NCBI GenBank assembly: GCA_965215125.1
Contig: OZ244052.1
Span: 832,713-896,712 of the forward strand
DNA: 64,000 nucleotides
Direction of reading: 5' to 3'
Origin: an uncultured candidatus Porisulfidus sp.
Lineage (GTDB): Bacteria; Pseudomonadota; Gammaproteobacteria; Poriferisulfidales; Oxydemutatoraceae
The stretch's first letter is position 1. The number at the start of each line of letters is the position of its first letter. Below the pieces are notes generated by a model. The model was not told the origin of the DNA, made no database searches, and saw only the letters and a list, made by a program, of their open reading frames with translations. Shown here in pieces: positions 10,092 through 18,767 of the stretch. A program made the position numbers and the translations under genes.

Positions 10092-11111
10092 ATGCATTCC
10101 GTAGCGATCATAGGCGGTACCGGCTACACAGGGTACGAATTGATGCGTCTTTTGGTGCGTCATCCGCATATTAAACTCAGTCAAGTTGTATCTCGTAGCA
10201 AGGCGGGTTGCGCCATAGCAGAAGTATTTCCTAAAATGAAGGGACATACCGATTTGTGCTATACGCAAAGTTTTGCCCCCGACCTCGGTGCCGATTTAGT
10301 ATTTTTCGCAACACCCAACGGAACGGCAATGAAGCAAGCCGAAGCGTTGCTTGATTCGGGAATACGTATCGTGGATTTGGCAGCGGACTTCAGATTGAGC
10401 GAGGCAGACGAATGGAAGCATTGGTACGGAGAGGATCACACCTGCCCGCATTTATTGGAGAAGGCAGTCTACGGTCTAAGCGAAATGAATCGTAACCCTA
10501 TTGCCGATGCGACTTTGGTGGCTAACCCGGGCTGTTATCCGACTTCGGTGATACTCGGCTTAAAGCCTTTGATAGAAGCAGGCTATGCCGATATTTCATG
10601 TTTGATAGTCGATTCAAAATCGGGTGTAAGCGGGGCAGGTCGGCAAGCGAGTGTGGAATTGCTATTCGGAGAGTGTAGCGAAAACTTTAGAGCCTACAAA
10701 GCCTCCGGCCATAGGCATTGGCCGGAAATCAACCAACAATTATGCCGGATTGCCGGTGTCGAAGTCGGATTCGGTTTTACGCCCCACTTGCTACCGATTT
10801 TTCGCGGTCTGCAATCGAGCTTGTATATTAAAACGGCTGCCGAGCTATCGGAACTTCAGTACTGCTTAGAGCAGGCTTATGCAGATGAACCTTTCGTACA
10901 GGTCATGCCGCCCGATAGTCATCCACAAACCCGAGATGTGAGCGGCACCAATGTATGTTTGCTTGCGGTGCATAAACCGCAATACGGTGATATTGCAGTC
11001 GTGTTTTCGGTAATCGATAATCTGATCAAAGGGGCTGCCGGTCAAGCGGTGCAGAATATGAATTTGATGTTCGGCATAGATGAAACGGCAGGGCTTGTTG
11101 ATTTATACTAA
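10092..11111 (+). CDS. argC: N-acetyl-gamma-glutamyl-phosphate reductase
   Basis: 339 aa; VAIIGGTGYTGYELMRLL NAD(P)-binding start, NPGCYPT active-site cysteine region, length typical of ArgC. Confidence 0.9.
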   Translation: MHSVAIIGGTGYTGYELMRLLVRHPHIKLSQVVSRSKAGCAIAEVFPKMKGHTDLCYTQSFAPDLGADLVFFATPNGTAMKQAEALLDSGIRIVDLAADFRLSEADEWKHWYGEDHTCPHLLEKAVYGLSEMNRNPIADATLVANPGCYPTSVILGLKPLIEAGYADISCLIVDSKSGVSGAGRQASVELLFGECSENFRAYKASGHRHWPEINQQLCRIAGVEVGFGFTPHLLPIFRGLQSSLYIKTAAELSELQYCLEQAYADEPFVQVMPPDSHPQTRDVSGTNVCLLAVHKPQYGDIAVVFSVIDNLIKGAAGQAVQNMNLMFGIDETAGLVDLY

Positions 11112-11138
11112 AAGTCTATATCATTCAAAGAGGAATAT

Positions 11139-13412
11139 GTGAAATACCGAACATACGCCAAGAGATCAAAATCTACCGCAAACATTTTGGGACACGACTC
11201 GATGTATCTGCGCAAAGGAAGTGGTTTATTGCTTATCTTCATAGGCTTATATTTTCTGCTCTCAATGTTGAGTTATCAAGCGGACGACCCGTCGTGGGCA
11301 AATAATATCAGCATGGACGAGACGCAAAACTTGGGAGGAATCGTCGGTGCATGGGTTGCCTATACTTTTTATTTTCTTTTCGGGGCACCGTCGCTCGTGC
11401 TGTTGCCGCTGGCTATTTTTACAAGTGCCCGCCGTTTGTTCAATCCTAATTACACACAGCTCTCTATATGGAATAGGCACCTAATTATTTGGTTGGCTGC
11501 GTTGCTGGCGATAATTGCTTGTTGTGGATTGGCAACCTTGCATTTTGTCACACCTGATCTTCCTACCAGTAGCGGTGGTCGTCTGGGTGAATTGGTTATA
11601 CAGAGTTTTTATCCGCTATTCGGTATGATAGGTTCCACCTTGTTATTGCTGGGTTTGATCGTAGGCAGCCTGACGGTGATGATGGATATCGCATGGCTGA
11701 AGATAGCGGATGCGGTCGGTTTGGCGTTGTTCTCGACTGCACAATGGTTCGTGGATACCAAGCAGTGGATACAAAGCCGTCTATTGGTTCACGAACGTTC
11801 CGTAGAACGCGCCCGAGCAGTCTCAAAGCGTAAGAAAAAACTCGTCAACAGAACCCCTCCCAAAATAGGAAATATGCTCAACAGTCTGTCGCCCGGCACG
11901 AAAAGTACGAAAAAACAACAAATCGCATTGCCGATCGAAGGAAAAGAGGAATTACCTTCGTTGAGTCTACTAGATCGAGAAACAGCATCGGTCTCGAGTT
12001 ACTCTAAAGACGAACTGGAAAAACTTGCCAGACAACTGGAAATTAAATTAGAAGATTTCGGCATCGTAGCTCAGGTGACCGAAGCACAACCCGGCCCTGT
12101 GGTCACCCGTTTTGAAGTGATGCCGTCTCCCGGCACCAAAGCGAGCAGTATTAGCAACCTCCAAAAAGACCTTGCGCGATCCTTATTGCTCCCCAGCATC
12201 CGAGTAGTGGAAGTGATCCCGGGGAAATCGTCGGTCGGCATAGAAGTGCCGAATAGAACGCGATCGGTTGTCAAATTCGGTGAACTCTTGCAGTCCGAAG
12301 AATACGAAAAACAGCACTCGCCGTTAACGCTTGCATTAGGCAAGGATGTTGCAGGTCAAGCGATATTCATAGATTTAGAAAAGTTACCCCACCTGCTGGT
12401 TGCCGGCACCACCGGTTCGGGCAAATCGGTTGCAGTACATTCTATGCTGGCGAGCTTGTTATTTCGTAATCTCCCCTCGCAAGTTCGTTTGATTTTGGTA
12501 GACCCTAAAATGCTTGAACTTAAATCGTATGAGAATATCCCTCATTTATTGTTACCTCTGATTACCGATATGCAGGAAGCTGCCGGTGCCTTACGGTGGG
12601 CAGTTGCCGAAATGGAACGGCGCTATCGCTTGATGGCGGCACTCAATGTACGCAACATCACATCGTATAACAATAAAGTTACTAAGGCTAAAAAAAGAAG
12701 GGAACCGATTGCCGACCCGCTCTTTGAGAGTGAAGACGAAGCCGCAATAGCTCCAACACTCGACGAGATACCGTATATCGTCATCGTCATCGATGAATTC
12801 GCCGATATGATTATGATGGTGGGCAAGAAAGTAGAAGAACTGATTATCCGACTGGCTCAAAAAGCACGTGCTGCGGGAATACATTTGGTACTGGCTACAC
12901 AAAGACCTTCGGTTGATATTATTACCGGTCTGGTCAAAGCGAATGTGCCGGCGAGAATCGCATTTCAAGTTTCCTCAAAGGTCGATTCGCGCACCATATT
13001 GGATCAAAACGGTGCCGAACAGCTGCTGGGGCAAGGCGATATGCTGTGTCTGATGCCGAGCTACGCAACGCCGATGCGTGTACACGGTGCTTTCATATCG
13101 GATAGCGAAGTGCAAGCGGTCACCGACTTTTTACGCAAACAAGGCGAGCCGTTTTATATAGAAAACCTGAATACATCGGACAACGGGGAGGTCGGTTTTA
13201 ATGCTGCAGAAACCGAAGACCCGCTCTATAAGCAAGCGGTGGAAATCGTAACCGAATCGGGTAAAGCGTCTATCTCTTATCTACAACGCCGCCTCAAAAT
13301 AGGTTATAACCGAGCGGCACGCATGATAGAAGAAATGGAAAGTGCCAAGATAGTTTCCAGCATACAATCGAGCGGATCCCGCCAAGTATTGGTCTCGTCG
13401 TCTAGAAAGTGA
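11139..13412 (+). CDS. ftsK: DNA translocase FtsK
   Basis: 757 aa; N-terminal membrane segments, a linker, a Walker A (VAGTTGSGKSV) motor domain and a C-terminal gamma winged-helix (SISYLQRRLKIGYNRAARMIEEME); followed by lolA as in many proteobacteria. Confidence 0.9.
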   Translation: MKYRTYAKRSKSTANILGHDSMYLRKGSGLLLIFIGLYFLLSMLSYQADDPSWANNISMDETQNLGGIVGAWVAYTFYFLFGAPSLVLLPLAIFTSARRLFNPNYTQLSIWNRHLIIWLAALLAIIACCGLATLHFVTPDLPTSSGGRLGELVIQSFYPLFGMIGSTLLLLGLIVGSLTVMMDIAWLKIADAVGLALFSTAQWFVDTKQWIQSRLLVHERSVERARAVSKRKKKLVNRTPPKIGNMLNSLSPGTKSTKKQQIALPIEGKEELPSLSLLDRETASVSSYSKDELEKLARQLEIKLEDFGIVAQVTEAQPGPVVTRFEVMPSPGTKASSISNLQKDLARSLLLPSIRVVEVIPGKSSVGIEVPNRTRSVVKFGELLQSEEYEKQHSPLTLALGKDVAGQAIFIDLEKLPHLLVAGTTGSGKSVAVHSMLASLLFRNLPSQVRLILVDPKMLELKSYENIPHLLLPLITDMQEAAGALRWAVAEMERRYRLMAALNVRNITSYNNKVTKAKKRREPIADPLFESEDEAAIAPTLDEIPYIVIVIDEFADMIMMVGKKVEELIIRLAQKARAAGIHLVLATQRPSVDIITGLVKANVPARIAFQVSSKVDSRTILDQNGAEQLLGQGDMLCLMPSYATPMRVHGAFISDSEVQAVTDFLRKQGEPFYIENLNTSDNGEVGFNAAETEDPLYKQAVEIVTESGKASISYLQRRLKIGYNRAARMIEEMESAKIVSSIQSSGSRQVLVSSSRK

Positions 13413-14044
13413 TGAAGCGATATATTAAGGCAGTTTGCCTTGTTTGTTTGTTTGCTATCTTTACACCCGCACATACCGATACATTGACTGCTCTGGATGT
13501 TTTCTTCAAATCCGAGACTTTTCGAGCCAATTTCGATCAAGAGGTTTATAGCTCGGAGGGACAAAAAATCGACGAGTCCAAAGGATTTACCTTGTTTCAT
13601 AGACCCGGCCGCTTTCGTTGGGAATACGTCTCCCCGGAACCTTATTTGATTTTAACCGACGGCTTAAGTCTGCTTATCTACGATGTGCCGTTAAAACAAG
13701 CGTATTTACGCCCTACACTCAATACTCTTGGAAAAGCACCACTGATGCTCCTTTTGGATAAGCGTACTGCGGTTGACGATTTTTATATAGACATCATAGC
13801 CGACAACGCCTACCCGAACATAGAGGGGGTGAGTTGGCTGAGGTTGGTACCAAAAGTAGACGACACCGACTTTGTTTTTTTTGATATAGGGTTTGAGGGA
13901 GAGCGTCTATCGCATTTAATACTCTACGACCACTTCGATCAATACACTCAGATACATTTTTACGATATACAAACAAACCCGGAATTTAAGAAAGACTATT
14001 TCCGTATCGAGCTACCGGAAGATGTAGATGTGATTCGGAATTGA
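13409..14044 (+). CDS. lolA: outer-membrane lipoprotein carrier protein LolA
   Basis: 211 aa; signal peptide and a LolA-like beta-barrel sequence; conserved ftsK-lolA adjacency; 4-bp overlap with ftsK. Confidence 0.8.
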   Translation: MMKRYIKAVCLVCLFAIFTPAHTDTLTALDVFFKSETFRANFDQEVYSSEGQKIDESKGFTLFHRPGRFRWEYVSPEPYLILTDGLSLLIYDVPLKQAYLRPTLNTLGKAPLMLLLDKRTAVDDFYIDIIADNAYPNIEGVSWLRLVPKVDDTDFVFFDIGFEGERLSHLILYDHFDQYTQIHFYDIQTNPEFKKDYFRIELPEDVDVIRN

Positions 14045-14100
14045 AGCCGTGTCGCTATAAAAAATAGAACCGCCACTTGTTGCAGTAGTGCAAGTGGCGT
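14045..14100. repeat. repeat-family copy (hairpin variant: gaaccgccacttgttgcagtagtgcaagtggcgtgac)
   Basis: Palindrome ccacttg-ttgcagtag-tgcaagtgg flanked by gaaccgc..gcgtgac, related to module a of the repeat family; a similar hairpin (gccacttgctccagttgggcaagtggcgtgac) is at 35300-35330. Confidence 0.6.
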
Positions 14101-14128
14101 GACGTTATAAGGTAGGCTTACAGTGTAA

Positions 14129-14941
14129 TTATCCGTATCTGGCAAGATAAAGCTTTATGCCTCGGTATCGCTTAATGGTAAGGAGTTTCTGAAAGGCATT
14201 TTTTCTAGTTATTAAATTTTGCTCGCTTAATTTTTTTTGAAAAAACTTAAGATCACTGGAAGAGTTAAAGCCCCTCCAATCTCTGTTTCCTCCTTGTTGC
14301 GAGAGTTTTTTATAGTAGTTATAGTTTTCTATAAAAGCCTTGTAACGCTCATAGGATCCATTCAGAAAATATCTAATGCGAGATATTTCTCTTTCCGGGT
14401 ATGTTAGTAAATCTTCATAGTATATAACCATTTTGTCTCCCTTAAAACGATCGTAGGCAACTATTAAATCTAAATAATCGAAAGCTGTACCGATAAAATT
14501 TATAACGTTCCTAGGTCTACTAATAAGTTCATGATAATCTCTAATTATCAGCAAAATAGCCGATACAAAAGTCGCTTTATAAGCCCAATGAGATTTATAA
14601 AGAATAAAGGGATTTTTTGGATTTACATGAGCTAAGGGATGTTCTTTGCCAGGGAAAGTATTTAGATAAATAGGAACATCTTTTGCATTACCTATGCCTC
14701 CATAAGTAGGGGAACTGGTGAGATATTCGGCTATAAAACGAACCCAATGATTACCGCTTTGAGGAGACGACCATAGTGCCCTATGATTGAAGGCAAGGTT
14801 ACGGGTAAAATAGCCAAAGTAATCTATCTTATTCGGATTAGTTAGAAATAAATAAAATAATAAGTCTGCGATTCTTTTTGAAAAAAATGAGTTACTATCA
14901 AGTCTATTGAATACAAGTCTATTGAATAATTTGCGATACAT
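14129..14941 (-). CDS. sulfotransferase-family protein (putative)
   Basis: 270 aa in an AT-rich tract; WSSPQSGNHWVRFI resembles the PKSGTTW 5-prime-PSB loop of sulfotransferases; IIRDYHELISRP resembles the RNPKD..VS 3-prime-PB motif. Confidence 0.5.
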   Translation of the reverse strand: MYRKLFNRLVFNRLDSNSFFSKRIADLLFYLFLTNPNKIDYFGYFTRNLAFNHRALWSSPQSGNHWVRFIAEYLTSSPTYGGIGNAKDVPIYLNTFPGKEHPLAHVNPKNPFILYKSHWAYKATFVSAILLIIRDYHELISRPRNVINFIGTAFDYLDLIVAYDRFKGDKMVIYYEDLLTYPEREISRIRYFLNGSYERYKAFIENYNYYKKLSQQGGNRDWRGFNSSSDLKFFQKKLSEQNLITRKNAFQKLLTIKRYRGIKLYLARYG

Positions 14942-15045
14942 GTATCATCCGGTAAATAATATTAAACATTATTTTAGCATTTATAGGGGAAAGCTATGTG
15001 TCATTGTAATGCGCTTAGGTTCTACACAAAGTTACACCGTTTGTG

Positions 15046-15510
15046 TTATCGCATCTTCTGGAGCCTGCGCTTTTCCATATCCCAACTGCGGTTGCGTTCA
15101 GCCATGCGTTTATCGTATTTGTGTTTTCCTTTGCCGATCCCCAGTTGGAGCTTGGCGCGGTTATTTTTCCAGTGCAGATCCAGCGGTATTAGGGAGTAAC
15201 CCTTGCGCGTGAGTTTTCCTTGCAAGCTGCGTAGTTCACGGCGATTGAGTAATAACTTGCGGGTGCGGGTAGGGTTTATCCGCGGATCACTTACGCTCGG
15301 CAACGGACTGATATGCGCATTGATTAACCACGCCTCGTTATCTTTCAGTATCGCATAGCTTTCTTTTAATTGTATGCGATTGGCTCTTAGACTTTTAACT
15401 TCCCAACCGTTGAGTACGATACCCGCTTCTATGCGCTCGTCTATGAAGTAGTCGCGCATCGCTTTAGGATTATGTGCCGTTTTGTTTCTTTTTATTTTGT
15501 TAGTTTTCAT
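15046..15510 (-). CDS. smpB: SsrA-binding protein SmpB
   Basis: 154 aa; NRKARHDYFI-like start (KAMRDYFIDERIEAGIVLNGWEVKSLR) and a basic C-terminal tail; conserved smpB / ratA-rnfH-bamE neighbourhood. Confidence 0.9.
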   Translation of the reverse strand: MKTNKIKRNKTAHNPKAMRDYFIDERIEAGIVLNGWEVKSLRANRIQLKESYAILKDNEAWLINAHISPLPSVSDPRINPTRTRKLLLNRRELRSLQGKLTRKGYSLIPLDLHWKNNRAKLQLGIGKGKHKYDKRMAERNRSWDMEKRRLQKMR

Positions 15511-15541
15511 AGTTCTACTATAATAAGGTTTTACTTTTTAT

Positions 15542-16927
15542 TTGCGGGGGGGCATATTCTATACAATGAAAGAGAACGATAACAATTATACACACAGCCA
15601 GTGGAGTTCTCGCTTCGTATTCATTATGGCAGCAATTGGTTTTGCGGTTGGTCTGGGTAATATATGGCGTTTCCCCTATATCGTCGGAGAGTATGGCGGT
15701 GGTGCTTTCGTATTACTCTATATATTCTTTATAGTACTGATGGGCTTGCCGGCCATGATGAGCGAGATCATGCTAGGTCGTCTGGGCAAGCACAACACCA
15801 TAGATACTTTTACACATTTTCGCTCCGAATACGGAACTAGTTCATTCTGGAAAATAATCGGTTTGATGGGGATTATAACGGGTATCTTGATTCTATCCTT
15901 CTATAGCGTAATTGCCGGGTGGGTCCTGTCTTATATACCCTATTCCGTGCAAGGTGTTTTTGAAAATCAATCGGTCGAAGGTATTGCGAGTATTTTCGAT
16001 GAACTCACCGCAAACCCCGGTCGTATGATTTTGTGGCACACCTTATTTATGATAATCACTGCGATCGTATTTATGCGCAACATCAATGCCGGCGTAGGGA
16101 GAGTAGTCTCTTATTTTATGCCGTTGCTACTACTACTGATAATCGCAATGATGATCTACAGTGCTTATGAAGCCGATATGGGACAAGCCATACACTTCCT
16201 GTTTAGATTCAGTTGGGATGACTTCAGTACCGAGATGGTCATAGTTGCTTTAGGGCAAGCATTTTTTTCATTGGGTATCGGCATGGGTGCGGCAATGATA
16301 TATGGTTCTTATTTACCGAACCGAGTACCGTTATTAAGCACAACCGCTATCATCGCCACAGCCGACACTCTGGTCGCTATTTTTGCCTCCTTGATGATTT
16401 TTCCTATTTTGTTTTCCTTTAATCTAGAGCCGGCAGCAGGGCCAGGCTTAATTTTTAAGACTCTTCCTATTGCTTTCTCACAAATGCCCGGAGGTGATTT
16501 AGTAGGCTTCACATTTTTCATATTACTTTTTATCGCTGCCTGGACCTCGGCTTTCTCGTTGTTGGAACCTTTCGTTGCGTGGTTGGTAGAATATACTCGC
16601 TGGACACGCGGGCAAGCTGCCGCAATCGCCGCCGGTTTGATTTGGTTGTTGGGCTTCGCAACTATCTTTTCTTTTAATATATGGCAAGAAGTCAAACTAG
16701 GAGGAATGACACTGTTTGACTTGGTGGATAAATTCACCGCCAATATCACGCTACCCTTGGGCGGGTTGTTGATTACTCTGTTTGCCGGTTGGTTTTTGCC
16801 TGCGATGGCAAGCAAAAAACAACTTAATTTAGGTTCCGAGTTGCATTATCGGATATGGCGATGGAGCGTACGCTATTTCTGCCCGATCTTGATATTGGCC
16901 ATTATGATTGCCAGTTGGATAGCTTAA
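15542..16927 (+). CDS. sodium-dependent transporter, neurotransmitter:sodium symporter (NSS/SNF) family
   Basis: 461 aa; the hallmark WSSRFVFIMAAIGFAVGLGNIWRFPY motif of NSS transporters; 11-12 predicted TM segments. Confidence 0.85.
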   Translation: MRGGIFYTMKENDNNYTHSQWSSRFVFIMAAIGFAVGLGNIWRFPYIVGEYGGGAFVLLYIFFIVLMGLPAMMSEIMLGRLGKHNTIDTFTHFRSEYGTSSFWKIIGLMGIITGILILSFYSVIAGWVLSYIPYSVQGVFENQSVEGIASIFDELTANPGRMILWHTLFMIITAIVFMRNINAGVGRVVSYFMPLLLLLIIAMMIYSAYEADMGQAIHFLFRFSWDDFSTEMVIVALGQAFFSLGIGMGAAMIYGSYLPNRVPLLSTTAIIATADTLVAIFASLMIFPILFSFNLEPAAGPGLIFKTLPIAFSQMPGGDLVGFTFFILLFIAAWTSAFSLLEPFVAWLVEYTRWTRGQAAAIAAGLIWLLGFATIFSFNIWQEVKLGGMTLFDLVDKFTANITLPLGGLLITLFAGWFLPAMASKKQLNLGSELHYRIWRWSVRYFCPILILAIMIASWIA

Positions 16928-16934
16928 GTAGCCA

Positions 16935-17378
16935 ATGAGTCGTATTGCACGCGAAGCCATAGTGCCTTATACCTGCCGCCAAATGTATAATTTAGTCACC
17001 GATGTGACGAGCTATCCCGAATTTATTTCATGGTGCAACCGCGTTGACACCGAAATCGTAGACCAAAACTCGGTTAAAGTGCGGCTAGGAATACTTTATA
17101 AAAAAAACGTAGACTTGTCTTTTACGACGATCAATACTAATACACCCGGTCGGTCCGTAGAAATGAAATTAGCAGACGGCCCCTTTAGCCGATTGAGCGG
17201 TCATTGGTATTTTAATTCTTTGGGAGAACGCGGTTGTAAAATCATCTTTCAATTGGATTACGAATTTAATAAATCCTTGAAAAATTTACTGGTTAGAAGA
17301 GTCTTTAACGAAGTGTCGACATCTTTGTTGGATTCTTTCCGCACGCGTGCACGGCAAAAATACGGAACACCCGCCTGA
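16935..17378 (+). CDS. ratA: SRPBCC-fold protein RatA/Coq10-like (ribosome association toxin family)
   Basis: 147 aa; similar to YfjG/RatA polyketide-cyclase-like fold (MYNLVTDVTSYPEFISWC); conserved position between smpB and rnfH. Confidence 0.75.
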   Translation: MSRIAREAIVPYTCRQMYNLVTDVTSYPEFISWCNRVDTEIVDQNSVKVRLGILYKKNVDLSFTTINTNTPGRSVEMKLADGPFSRLSGHWYFNSLGERGCKIIFQLDYEFNKSLKNLLVRRVFNEVSTSLLDSFRTRARQKYGTPA

Positions 17379-17652
17379 AGGACGGATAGAGATCGTTTAT
17401 GCCTCGGCGCATAGCCAAAAGGTGGTACACATCGGTTTCAAACCTGCGATGCGCGTCATAGATGCAATTCGTCAATCCGGTTTATTAACAGAGTTTCCGG
17501 AAATCAACACGACAGAACCTGCGGTCGGTATATTCGGTCGCAAAGTGTCTTTAGATACACCGCTTAATGAGGGTGACCGCGTAGAGATTTATCGTCCCTT
17601 GGAATGTTCCCCACAAGATGCCCGTCGTCGTCGCGCCTTCAAGGACAACTAA
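17347..17652 (+). CDS. rnfH: RnfH-family protein (YfjF-like, ubiquitin-fold)
   Basis: IEIVYASAHSQKVVHIGFKPAMRVIDAIRQSGL...GIFGRKVSLDTPLNEGDRVEIYRPL is typical RnfH; the listed ORF start overlaps ratA, so the true start may be downstream. Confidence 0.7.
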   Translation: MHGKNTEHPPEGRIEIVYASAHSQKVVHIGFKPAMRVIDAIRQSGLLTEFPEINTTEPAVGIFGRKVSLDTPLNEGDRVEIYRPLECSPQDARRRRAFKDN

Positions 17653-18059
17653 TTTTTGTCGACTTCTCTAGATCTATTTTCAACAAGATTTTTTGTTTTC
17701 CGCAAACGTTCTATGCGGTTGCCGTCGAAAAATAATGTCAGGCGATGAAGTTCTATCTCTTCATTTGAGACATTACGGTAATAAACATAGTCCCAGCGGT
17801 CGTCGTGAAAAACGGTTGGCAACACCGGTTCCCCCAACAGATAGATCACCTGATTTTTATTCATACCCACTTTTACTTGCGCAACTTTTGATTGCTCCAA
17901 TATATTGCCCTGTGTAATCTCAATTCTATAGAGTCTATAGGTGTCGGGGTTGAATAAGCGAGCAAAAAATCCTGTTGATTCCTCGCCCAGTTGACTGCCA
18001 CAAGAACAAAGCAATATACTTAAATTTGCGATAATTAGCTTGAAATTTGGTTTGCCCAT
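17649..18059 (-). CDS. bamE: outer membrane protein assembly factor BamE (SmpA/OmlA)
   Basis: The track ORF is 17649..18209; I set the start at the internal Met (MGKPNFKLIIANLSILLCSC lipoprotein signal with lipobox); the mature part VKVGMNKNQVIYLLGEP..DRWDYVYY is BamE-like; conserved bamE-rnfH-ratA / smpB cluster. Confidence 0.75.
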   Translation of the reverse strand: MGKPNFKLIIANLSILLCSCGSQLGEESTGFFARLFNPDTYRLYRIEITQGNILEQSKVAQVKVGMNKNQVIYLLGEPVLPTVFHDDRWDYVYYRNVSNEEIELHRLTLFFDGNRIERLRKTKNLVENRSREVDKN

Positions 18060-18087
18060 TACACAATGATAATATAAACGGCTTAAA

Positions 18088-18531
18088 TTGGTAAATAATA
18101 TGAACCAACAAGATATTAAACGGGCAGGACTTAAGGTTACGGTACCGAGAATCAAAATACTAGAAATAATGGAGGGAGCGGACTCTCGCCATGTAACCCC
18201 TGAACACATACACCGAAAGCTAACCTTAAAAGGGGAGAATGTTGGTTTGGCAACTATCTATAATGTGCTTGCCCAATTTGAAGCATCCGGACTGATACTG
18301 CGCCGCTATCTAAAAAAAGGACAAGCCTGTTACGAGATCAACCGAGGCGAACATCACGATCACATGGTCTGCACCCAGTGCGGTAGAATAGTCGAATTCG
18401 TCGATCAAACCATAGAAAAACGTCAAGACGCTATTGCCAAGAAACACGGTTTTAAACTCAACGACCACTCTTTGGTGATGTACGTGGATTGCACCTCAAA
18501 AAATTGTAAATATCTAAATCAATCCGAGTAG
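18088..18531 (+). CDS. fur: ferric uptake regulator Fur
   Basis: 147 aa; AGLKVTVPRIKILEIM DNA-binding helix; HHDHMVC and CxxC metal sites. Confidence 0.9.
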   Translation: MVNNMNQQDIKRAGLKVTVPRIKILEIMEGADSRHVTPEHIHRKLTLKGENVGLATIYNVLAQFEASGLILRRYLKKGQACYEINRGEHHDHMVCTQCGRIVEFVDQTIEKRQDAIAKKHGFKLNDHSLVMYVDCTSKNCKYLNQSE

Positions 18532-18656
18532 AACCACCGATTGAGCCGGTAGGTCAATCGGCGTGACATTGTGCAGAACCTTAACATGGGTGTGTAGGGC
18601 GGACCATTCCCCTCCTGTGGAGGGGTGGCAGGCGAAGCCTGACGGGGTGGTTGTGT
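18529..18656. repeat. composite repeat element (module a + module c)
   Basis: gaaccaccgattgagccggtaggtcaatcggcgtgacattgtgcagaaccttaacatgggtgtgtagggc...attcccctcctgtggaggggtggcaggcgaagcctgacggggtggtt sits directly after the fur stop codon. Confidence 0.8.
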
Positions 18657-18767
18657 CGTATTTGCACTATTTTATACATTCATCCATTTGATCTATGGGA
18701 ACCATTATTTGTTTATGCAGGGTGGTTGGTACTGCGCATAACAGCACTCGAGGGAAATGGTCAGCCC

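Noticed and set aside
15000-15545. Looked for tmRNA (ssrA) next to smpB
   Set aside because: No GGGGCUGAUUCUGGAUUCGAC-like 5-prime end or tRNA-like 3-prime end with CCA was found around smpB; ssrA is apparently elsewhere.
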